A DNA stretch of 32,187 nt. It comes from Proteromonas lacertae (Eukaryota). The stretch is from the NCBI GenBank assembly GCA_002245135.1, contig NGBS01000876.1, positions 248,001 to 280,187 of the forward strand, written 5' to 3'. This document shows positions 23,403-32,187 of this stretch, in pieces. Under the pieces are notes generated by a model that had not been told where the DNA came from, did not search any database, and worked only from the letters and a program-made list of their open reading frames with translations. Within the stretch, counting starts at the first letter, position 1. Each line of letters starts with the position of its first letter. Made by a program: the position numbers and the translations under genes.

Positions 23403-25480
23403 ATGACTGCTTCATCAGAATTAAAATGGTCTACTTCTAGAATTGATGGAGAGGTAAAACTACATATTACAGAGTCAGGAGTTGGAGCAAAACCACCAGA
23501 AACTATGCATGACGTATTTTTATCCTATAACTTATTCATCAATAGGCCTTATATCGTATGGCCACGGATTACAAAGACTATGTTGCTTTAGTGAGTTGTA
23601 CTGACAAAGAATATACCTATAAACAATATTATGATGTGGCAAGAAAATTTGCAAAATCTTTGTTGTATTTAGGTATGAAAAGATATGAAGCAGTAGATAT
23701 TATTGGATTTAATGCTCCAGAGTATGCCGTTGCATATATGGGTTGTATATTTGCAGGAGGTATTGCAACTGGAATTTATACAACAAATACCCCATTAGCT
23801 TGCAAATATTGTGCTCAAACCTCCAATTGTTTTGTTGTTGTAGCAGATGGAATGAAACAATTACAAAAGTACATTGAAATACAAGATGAATATAAACCAA
23901 AAGCTGTAGTAGTGTATAATCACGAAAATATGACAAAACCAGAAGCATCTTTCCCAATTTACTTTTTTGAAGAATTTCTAGATTTATATGAAGCAGGTAA
24001 ATCAAAAAGTGATGGAAATGATAATATCATTAGTGATGATCAATTAAATGAAAGAATTAATATACAAAAACCAAATCAATGTTGTGCAATGATATTTACA
24101 AGTGGAACAACTGTATATATATATTTAATTATTCATTTATTATTATATTAATAGGGTAATCCAAAATCTGTTATGATTTCACACGATAATTGTACTTGGA
24201 CTGCTAAAACAGCATTTTACACTGTACTTTCAGTTAAATCAGACCAAGAGAAAATAGAGATAGAAAACCGATTAACTCAAATCCGAATTGTTAGTTATTT
24301 ACCACTCTCACATATTGCTGCTCAAATTGTAGATTTTTTCTTACAGTTAATTTCACCAATTAAAATATATTATGCTAGACCAGATGCATTAAAAGGCTCG
24401 TTAGTTCAAACTCTTCAAAAAGCATTACCACATATCCATTTAGGTGTTCCTAGAGTATGGGAAAAGATAAAAGATACTTTAACATTAAAATTAAGTGAAT
24501 TAAGAGGTATAAAATGGTATTTAATGGAATGGGCTAAATCAAAGAGTGAAATTAACACCTACAACTGTCAAAAACAGAATTTAAATAATCAAAAATGGAA
24601 TATTGGATTTGGATTAGCTAAATGGTTAGTGTTAAACACAATTAAGCATCAATTAGGCTTAGATGAATTAGTAGCTGCTGTATCTTCAGCTGCTCCAATA
24701 TCTGTAGATGTATTGAAATTCTTTGCAAATATAAATATTCATATATATGAAATCTTAGGTCAAAGTGAAGGAAGTGGTCCAATTACATCAAATAATTATG
24801 ATCATTGGAAATTAGGTTCAGCAGGAATAGCCTGTCAAGGAGTTCATCTGAAAACATTAGAAGATAATAAGGAGATCTGTTATAAAGGTAGAAATGTATT
24901 TATGGGATATTTAAATCGTGAAGAGGAGACAAATGCAACAATAGATGATGAAGGTTATGTTCATACAGGTGATATGGGATATTTAGATGAAGATGGGTTC
25001 TTATATATAACTGGAAGATTAAAAGAATTGATTATAACTGCAGGTGGTGAAAATATCGCTCCAATCAGTATTGAAGATACAATAAAGAGTTTAATGCCAT
25101 TTATATCAAATTGTGTATTAATTGGAGATAAACGAAAGTTTTTGAGTTTATTAATCACATTGAAATGTAAAAATAACAATGAAGGATTACCATTAGATGA
25201 ACCAGCGATCGAAACTGAAAATATATTAAAAGAAATTAACAGTAATGCTCGAAGTATTAGTGAAGCACGAAATTGTCCAAAATTGAGAGAATATATTGAT
25301 AAAAAGATAGGAGAATATAATAATAAATATTCGATATCTCATGCTCAAAATATTCAAAAATGGTGTATTTTAGAAAGAGATTTTACATTGAATGATGGTG
25401 AATTAACTCCAACTTTGAAATTGAAGAGAAATGTAGTAAGTGAGAAATATTCTTCAATAATCGAATCATTTTATAAATAA
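23403..25480 (+). CDS. Long-chain fatty acid-CoA ligase (ACSBG/bubblegum-like); introns 23514-23545 and 24113-24154
   Basis: Splicing reconstitutes the AMP-binding motif FTSGTTGNPK. Also SYLPLSHIAAQ, GVPRVWEK, HTGDMG, ITGRLKELIITAGGENIAP and GELTPTLKLKR. Confidence 0.93.
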
Positions 25481-25644
25481 CTATGATGATGTAATAGAAT
25501 TTAATATTTTTTTAAAGAATTGTTGTTATTTAAATGAGTTTAAAAATAAAATACAAATCAATACAAAATTAATACACTGAATACAGTGTATTAAATGTAT
25601 ATGTCGATTGATAAAAAATTGGACATTTAGAGTGAAATATAAAA

Positions 25645-27770
25645 ATGAAGAGAATTAGAGAATATTTGCGAGATAAATTTGAAATAGACTGTGATGTATG
25701 AATATATTTATAATAAATTCTAGAAGTTGAAAGCGTTTAAAGAGAAAGATACCGAGTTGAGTATATTGAATGAAGATTTACATAAGGTTATGAAAATATT
25801 TGATATAAGGAAGTGTAGAGAAGCAGTAATAAGACATATCGAACATAATAACAGTTTGTTGAGTAATTTATCTCTTCCTTTCATCATTCCTTCAGTTGTT
25901 TATGTAGATGATTCATGTCAAAACATGATAATTGAGCGAGACTCATATAAAGCTGATTTAGAAGAGATGATTGAAAGAAAGTTATTGTGTGATGATGATG
26001 AATTCAATATAATATATTCTATGTGTGATGTATTGATGATATTGAGTGAGTATGGTGTAATAGTGAGTAATTTGAAGACGAGTAATGTAATATATGATAG
26101 AGAAAATGGTGAAATAAAGCTATGCGATTTGTTTTTTAATGAATTAAGAAGTGAAGAAGAAATGAGTGTATATGATGTTTGTTTCAAAAGCCCAGAAGAG
26201 TTGAATGGATATGAATGTGATGAGAGAAGTGTAATGTGGTCATTTGGATGTATATTATATGAAATGATAAACAATGAAGTACCATTTAGAGATGATAATG
26301 ATATAAATAAAACAAAAGAGAATATATTAAAAGGTAAGTGTTGTGCAGATAAGCCTGGTGAATATTATAAAATTGCAGTGATGGATGGAATGTTGAAGAT
26401 GAACAACAAAAAGAGATTTAGTTTGAAAGAGTTGAAAAAAGAATATATCCTAAACGAAGAATTTATCGACTCAGATTATGAAAAAAAAGAAATAATATAT
26501 AATAATGATTATTCAAAAGAATTTTACCCATATTATATTCAAACAGAGTATTATGTAAAAAGCAACAAATATGAGAGTATATAGAATAATATATATTACT
26601 ATATCTGATTATATAATAATATTTGAATAGAAGTTAAAGATGAATTAATCGAATTATATTTAAACAGTGATACTATAGAGATAAGAATATTCTCAATAAT
26701 ATTAAGAATGCAGTTGAACAAATGGGATTATAATATATTAAATAATAAACTCAAATTTCGATATTTACATCAGTGCATAGAAAATGAAGACAAAAAAGAT
26801 GATGAAGTTAATATTGAAAAAGAAAATGAAGATGATTTAGTAAATGAATATGAATATAATAATAATATGTGTATATTAGATTATAAGATGTTTAATATTG
26901 CAACTGATAGTGATGATAAAGATAAAATCAAAATAAGCAAAGATTGTATATGTGAGAATTTTTGTGAAAATGGAATAAATTATATGATGATGGTGTTGAT
27001 GTATTTCAATCCAAAGAAGCTCACATACTGTATAATTTTCATAATTCTATTTGTTTAGTTGATGATAACTGGTATATTTCTCTTCCAATTCCAATTAAAC
27101 ATCAGTCATTGTTCGGATCTTTATTTTCTGAATTATCTAATCTTCAAGAGATAGATTTTCATTCAAGTAATCTTACTTATCATTTCATTGAATCATTTGT
27201 TAAATCAATTCCATCAATGAAATTGAAATATGTAGATCTTCGATGTATTAATTATTAATGTTTTTAATATATAGTCAATCCAATTGGTCCAAAAGGCTTC
27301 AAACTATTACTTTCATATTTAAACTTATTAATTAATAAAGATAATGTATTGGTTCTTACACAAATGAATTTGAATGATGAATCCATGGTATTGTTATCAA
27401 AAGAATTGAATAAATATCCAAATCTTCAGATAATAGGTATAATAGGGAATAAAAATATTCATGCAAGAGGATTAGAAGCTTTGTTTTCAGAATTTCCAAT
27501 TTCAAGAATACTATTTAATTTCAATGGAAGTAAAGAGTTATTAATTGATTTAAGCATACCAGAATTGATATATTGTATATATGAGTATAATGAATATGAA
27601 AAAAGAATGTTAGATTTAGAGGATTGTGATATGGATGATGAATTTTTCTCATCTTTATTTCGTTTTAGGCTATCTCAATTTAGAGGATTAAAAAGAATAG
27701 ATTTAAGAAGTATAAAATGATATTTTTATAATGTTTAGATAATAAACTAACATATAAAATATATGTATAA
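25645..27770 (+). CDS. Divergent pseudokinase + LRR protein; introns 25696-25723, 26577-26630, 27030-27058, 27245-27274, 27710-27738; probably truncated at the 3' end
   Basis: All five introns splice in frame. Kinase-like motifs are IVSNLKTSNV, KLCDL, KSPEE and SVMWSFGCILYEM. LRRs include VDLRFNPIGPKG and IDLRNNKLT, after which the frame stops at YKIYV*. Confidence 0.7.
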
Positions 27771-27881
27771 CCGTAAGAATATCACTGTATGTGGGTAAAC
27801 CGTACCAGACTATTCTTAGGTGCCTTCTACAGGTAAGAATAAGCGATTTGAGTGTGAATTAGTTTTTGGTACGGGTTATAC
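27765..27881. repeat. Nested imperfect inverted repeats (hairpin 1)
   Basis: CCGTACCA 27800-27807 pairs with TGGTACGG 27867-27874. Inner TATTCTTA 27811-27818 pairs with TAAGAATA 27834-27841. GTATAACCGTA 27765-27775 is an alternative partner for TACGGGTTATAC 27870-27881. Confidence 0.65.
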
Positions 27882-28008
27882 TGGAGCAAGCGGTGAATTT
27901 AAAATTGTGTATATATTTTAGTGTGTGAATAAATTTATGGGTTAAAATTTATTTTTATGTTTTTAATAGTTTGTAGTGTAGGATAGTAGAAATAAAGTGT
28001 ATAAATAG

Positions 28009-28049
28009 AAAGGTAGCTACCTGTTCTACCCCGGCAGGGTAGCTACTTT
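28009..28049. repeat. Inverted repeat built from two GTAGCTAC palindromes (hairpin 2)
   Basis: AAAGGTAGCTACCTG-ttctaccccgg-CAGGGTAGCTACTTT; AGGTAGCTACCT 28011-28022 is itself a perfect 12-bp palindrome. Confidence 0.7.
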
Positions 28050-28075
28050 ATATAATAAGAAATGTATTTCTATGT

Positions 28076-28167
28076 AAGTAAGTAGCGTGTCCTGTGTAGC
28101 CTAGCTAGGACTTAGTGATTAAATAGTGTGGTGGCCAAGCTACAGAATACGTTCTTACTTTTTTTTA
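28076..28167 (+). ncRNA. Candidate structured small RNA (hairpin 3) ending in a T9 run
   Basis: 28076-28100 pairs with 28139-28160 (about 21 pairs including 2 G-U), followed by TTTTTTTTT. Contains an internal A-box-like TAGCCTAGCTAGG. Confidence 0.35.
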
Positions 28168-28399
28168 GTTATTTTTCATTTATCAAATTAATAATGGATT
28201 TATATAGTGTAGTTAAAAACATTCAAAAGAATTTAAATAGTATCAAAAATATATATTTAAAGAATTATCTGCAGTATTCTATATTTTTTAATAAATCGAA
28301 ATTCTGACGAGAAACTGTTGTTATAAACAGAAAAAAGAAACAGTTTTGATTTTCCTGGCATTTTTGAAAAAACCGTTTTTTATCAAAAAAATATAAAAT

Positions 28400-28879
28400 A
28401 TGTGTGCTTCAGTAAACTTTGCTTTCTTTTGTTCATTTAGAAATAATGAAGATTATTTAGATAAGTGTATATGTGGAACATGTAAGTTTTACTTATATTT
28501 TAACCATAATATAAGTGCAGTTTTAGATAGTCCATTACCTAAGGAAGAGATAAAGTCTTATAATGAATTCTGTGCTATTTGTCATCAAAAGATGTGGACA
28601 AAGTACAGTGATAAGAGATATTACATGATGCTTTTCGATATTAAACCATCAGTAAAACCAAGAGGATTAAATAGACATTATTTTGCAGTGTTTGATAAGT
28701 ATATTGAATGGTTAACACTACCTGAAGGAATGGGAAGTGTTCATTTGAAGAAGAATCCTATGTTGAAACATTATGTAAAGAAGAATTATATATTTGATGA
28801 TAGTGATGATGATGAGGAAGAAGAAGCACAAGAAGAAGTTAAAGGAAACAATGATCAAACTACGATAAACATACTCTAA
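28400..28879 (+). CDS. Hypothetical Cys-rich (possible Zn-binding) protein with acidic C-terminus, likely element-encoded
   Basis: Intronless 159-aa ORF with CICGTC and CAICH motifs and a DDSDDDEEEE tail, convergent with the structural genes. Confidence 0.6.
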   Translation: MCASVNFAFFCSFRNNEDYLDKCICGTCKFYLYFNHNISAVLDSPLPKEEIKSYNEFCAICHQKMWTKYSDKRYYMMLFDIKPSVKPRGLNRHYFAVFDKYIEWLTLPEGMGSVHLKKNPMLKHYVKKNYIFDDSDDDEEEEAQEEVKGNNDQTTINIL

Positions 28880-29014
28880 ATTTTAAAACGAATCTTTATC
28901 TTAAAATGATTTGGGACAGGGTTTAAAAATATGCGTAATTTAATAAAAATCATATAATATAATAAAAATATAATAAATTTTATAATAAACATAATAAAAT
29001 AATCATAATAAAGA

Positions 29015-29800
29015 TTAAAATGGTTCTGTAACACCTGTATCCATCCACTCTGTTATAATAACTTGAGGTGGGAATGCTTGATATGAATATGCATCAAGAC
29101 CTTTTCGTTCTATATAAAGATTACATTTATTATTATTATTTCTTAATATAGGCCAAAAACATCCATAATCATTAATTGCAGGTTGTGAAGTTTCATTTAT
29201 TACACCTTGTATAGGGAAGTATATTCCATTACTACCATCTACAAAGTATGTTTCTAATAATTTGTTATAATATTGTTGCAATAAATCTTCTTTACCTGGT
29301 TCAGCTTTAATAACATGATTGTCATCTAGATATAATATAAATCCATAACCATCATCATGATTTTTTAAAACAAGGCCATTGTATATCTTGATTCTCATAA
29401 AATGTTCAAACATTTGAATTTTTATAGGTACTTTTACAGTAGATTCATATTGATTGATGGAACCATCTTGAAATATATAGAAATTAACTGACCAATATGT
29501 ATATTCAGTATGCAATAATTTAGGTGATACAGAATTATTAACTATTGTAGTACTACCTCCAGAGCTATTATTTACAACATTATATATTTCTTGACATTTA
29601 CCATATATAGTATTTGTAGTAGTTTTGATATCATTAACAGGTGTAATAATATTATTTATTTGAGTATCAGTATGATTATTAATAGGTTTAACAATAGTAT
29701 CAGGATCAGTAGGTTGTATATTTATTTTGTCAGCTATATCTTTAGCAAGCTTATCTGTATCAATATTTATATCTGAAGTATTTCGTTCCCCAATAAACAT
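29015..29800 (-). CDS. Hypothetical viral structural protein (fibre/spike or minor capsid candidate), 261 aa
   Basis: Intronless and co-oriented directly downstream of the ATPase. It has a heptad-like N-terminus, an SSGGS linker and an aromatic beta-rich C-terminal domain. Likely start is MFIGER at 29800. Confidence 0.55.
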   Translation of the reverse strand: MFIGERNTSDINIDTDKLAKDIADKINIQPTDPDTIVKPINNHTDTQINNIITPVNDIKTTTNTIYGKCQEIYNVVNNSSGGSTTIVNNSVSPKLLHTEYTYWSVNFYIFQDGSINQYESTVKVPIKIQMFEHFMRIKIYNGLVLKNHDDGYGFILYLDDNHVIKAEPGKEDLLQQYYNKLLETYFVDGSNGIYFPIQGVINETSQPAINDYGCFWPILRNNNNKCNLYIERKGLDAYSYQAFPPQVIITEWMDTGVTEPF

Positions 29801-29844
29801 TTTTTGAATTAATAAACAATAAAATAACAAAATTAATAAAAACA

Positions 29845-30606
29845 TCAAGAAACTTCAGAATGATCTTCAATCAAAATATTAAAGTTAGCTCTAAACACTT
29901 TTTTAACATTATCAATATATAAGAAGTTATATTGTGGCTTAGTAACAGCTAAATATAACTCTTTAAATGTTTCATATTCAGGTATCCATATATTCAATGA
30001 GTTGTATAAGTCAAACAAATTTCTGTTACTCAATCCATAAAATGTTAAACAATAATCTACTTGTGATCTTGCTGAAGGTACTATATCAGTAATATATTGA
30101 CTACTAATTATAATTTTTGATTTTAAATGTCTATTTTCTTTCATTAATACTGGTATGATATTAGCTGTTTTCAACTCTAAACTAAGATCATCAAATATTA
30201 TAATATGTTCTGCATACTCAAAATTATCTTTGTTTGTATCATCAATTGATTTCATTAACTTCTCTACTAAATTATCTCCTGAATAAGGTTCAAATAATGA
30301 ATCGTTTTCATCATAACTAATTTCATTATAATCTAATAACTCTTTAATTGAATCATATATCCTATCTTGTTTAATTGTACCTACGAAAAAATGTACATGT
30401 TGTTTTTTCTTATATTTTGGATCTATAATATGTCTTAATATATTGTATATCAAAGTAGTTTTCCCACTGTTCTTACGAGCTACAATAAATATATTGCAGA
30501 AAGGCTCATTAAAGTAATCATATCCCAGAATTTTCTTAGGATCAAAAGACTCACCACCATCAACAGGTTCAATTTGTATATTATTTATTTTTTCAAATTT
30601 AAACAT
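29845..30606 (-). CDS. A32-like/FtsK-HerA superfamily viral DNA-packaging ATPase, 253 aa
   Basis: Walker A IFIVARKNSGKTT, Walker B IIIFDD, and the arginine/sensor region ENRHLKSKIIISSQY...ARSQ. Size and C-terminal YNFLYID are typical of Polinton/virophage ATPases. Confidence 0.9.
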   Translation of the reverse strand: MFKFEKINNIQIEPVDGGESFDPKKILGYDYFNEPFCNIFIVARKNSGKTTLIYNILRHIIDPKYKKKQHVHFFVGTIKQDRIYDSIKELLDYNEISYDENDSLFEPYSGDNLVEKLMKSIDDTNKDNFEYAEHIIIFDDLSLELKTANIIPVLMKENRHLKSKIIISSQYITDIVPSARSQVDYCLTFYGLSNRNLFDLYNSLNIWIPEYETFKELYLAVTKPQYNFLYIDNVKKVFRANFNILIEDHSEVS

Positions 30607-30676
30607 AGTGTGTGTATATATTATGTAGTGAGAAATCAAAAAATAAAAATAGAAGTCAATAATAAAGTATTATTAC

Positions 30677-32094
30677 TTATACTACCTTTTCAACACCTCT
30701 TGGTCCAATAATCAATTGTTTACCAGTAATTATGTAGAACTTATGATGAATTGTATATGGATTATGATTAGCATCAAATCGTTGATTTGAGCAATCCAAA
30801 GTAATTTTTAAATCACTTGCTAAGTCTTTACCAGCTCTTAATTTTAATTCAGTTAATCGATCAGTACTGAAATTTAGAACATCAAAAAATGAATTGGGAA
30901 ATGATAATGTATTACATTTATCAAATATTGTATTTTGAATAATATTTCTCATATATTCCCATGTCTGATATTTTGCAGGATATAAATAATCAGGTGTATA
31001 AACGAAATCATTAATTTGCCATCTTATTCTATCTTGATCTTGATCAAAAGGAATAGTATCTCTATTATATGCATCATTATAATATGCTCTGTATAATATA
31101 TATTTAACATAACTTCCTATGCTACTATTAATACTGAAGTTATAGTTAAAAGTATTACTACCTGGAATTGGATCTTTAGTGATTTGAACTATATTAAAGT
31201 CAGTAAAGTCAATAGGATGATGAGTTGAATAATTAATGGTATTAGCATTACATGTTGGATCTTTATTGTAACAAATGTAAAGTCTAGGATTAATAATTTT
31301 CATTCCTACATGCTGTTGCCATGAATTAATCCAAACAGAACCATTGCTATGATGAATCCAATTCATTATAGGAGCAAATGTGAATTGAATATAAATGACT
31401 TCACCAAAATAAATATCATTCTTCAAAGCTAATATGGTATTATAGAAATCTGCAAAATGAAATCTACAGTATAGTTTTCCATGTAATATATCTTCTGTTG
31501 TTCCCATTTCTTCCCAATAATTCCAAACACCTCCATTTGCATTTAAAGTAGAATTAGAATTACATATAGTTGTTTCAGCTATTTTATTATTTCTAATGCG
31601 TAAGCCATCAAATAAATATTCATAATAATGATAATCTTTTATATCATAAGGATACTGGTTAGCAATTTGATGAGCTAAATCTCGATATTCATTATAACTA
31701 CTATCTAAATCACATAGAAGTGTTCCAGTTTTATTGTATACTTTGATAGTTCCAAAATTCATTGAATTCCTTAAATTTATATGATCTAACATTTTACCAG
31801 TAGTAGAATCAGTTACAGGTGTAATAGGTAATTTCCATTGTCCTTTACCTGCATCTGCATGATCTCTTTTTTGACCTGTAGTATAATCTAATTCAAATTC
31901 AAAGTAACTTTTAGATAGATTAACACAATTATCACCAGATATTTCAAATGTAATAGCATCACTGTTTGAATTTAAGATAAAACAGTCTCATTTCTGCTTT
32001 GGTTAGGTGTAACTAAAATATGATTGTAGACAGGTATATAAGCTGGCACAATGCTTTCATGTTTTTGTGAATTAGGTACAGCAGTGATTGACAT
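30677..32094 (-). CDS. Putative double jelly-roll major capsid protein (~472 aa if a 1-nt frameshift at ~31975-31987 is corrected)
   Basis: ATG at 32094 runs 40 codons to TAA 31972-31974. The main frame opens after TGA 31988-31990 and reads ITFEISGDNCVNLSKSYFEFEL, resembling the N-terminal IxF...xDLxxSYL motif of Polinton-type capsids. Beta-rich and adjacent to the ATPase. Confidence 0.7.
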
Positions 32095-32187
32095 ATTTTA
32101 TGTTATTTTTTAAAATCAAAAAATGCTTAAAAATAGCAAGAAATTTATTAATACAAAATAATCTCAAAATAAATAGGTAAGTTATTT

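Larger units (their letters stand above)
27755..32187. mobile_element. Endogenous Polinton/Maverick-like dsDNA virus, left part; left boundary approximate, continues beyond the window
   Basis: Abrupt switch to intronless ORFs with no recognisable cellular identity, including an adjacent packaging ATPase and capsid-like gene, preceded by a hairpin-rich non-coding flank. Confidence 0.8.

Noticed and set aside
1..27770. Blastocystis-style stop codons created by polyadenylation, or a non-standard genetic code
   Set aside because: The gene models end in genomically encoded stops and translate cleanly with the standard code.
27765..27881. CRISPR-like array of AACCGTA/GTAAGAATA repeats
   Set aside because: Only two short copies of each, with no regular spacing, no cas genes and a eukaryotic context.
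28011..28160. tRNA gene suggested by A-box-like TAGCCTAGCTAGG and B-box-like GTTCTACCC
   Set aside because: The B-box-like string lies upstream of the A-box-like string and no cloverleaf can be built.
2071..31990. Programmed frameshifting as a shared mechanism at DNAJB, BTB and capsid genes
   Set aside because: There is no common slippery heptamer and the shifts differ in direction. All three sit in short A/T runs, so sequencing indels or mutations are more parsimonious.
28343..32125. TTTTGATTT as a virus-specific promoter motif upstream of the capsid, ATPase and Cys-rich ORFs
   Set aside because: Similar strings precede host genes, spacing varies, and they are expected by chance in AT-rich DNA.

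Overview
This is very AT-rich, gene-dense eukaryotic DNA with tiny GT(AT)...AG spliceosomal introns, mostly 24-54 nt, and short intergenic spacers. That architecture resembles a gut stramenopile of the Blastocystis/Proteromonas type, but the taxon is an inference. Positions 1-27.7 kb hold about 17 host genes: SPRY-like, DNAJB, CCDC42/CFAP73-family, pseudokinase-LRR, RAD51, TPR, a multipass membrane protein, MAP3K, RPS3A, MAK16, DUF4203-like, mucin-like, a large C2-like gene, BTB/BACK, an atypical Hsp70, a long-chain acyl-CoA synthetase and a second pseudokinase-LRR. From about 27.76 kb to the right edge the sequence switches to an intron-free module that looks like the end of an endogenous Polinton/Maverick-like dsDNA virus. 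It carries a probable double jelly-roll major capsid gene (one frameshift), an A32/FtsK-type packaging ATPase, a fibre/minor-capsid candidate and a Cys-rich ORF. Its left flank is a ~400 bp non-coding region with three imperfect hairpins, one followed by an oligo-T run. The element begins a few codons into an LRR exon of the last host gene. All gene models were spliced by eye, and family calls rest on motif recognition rather than database searches.
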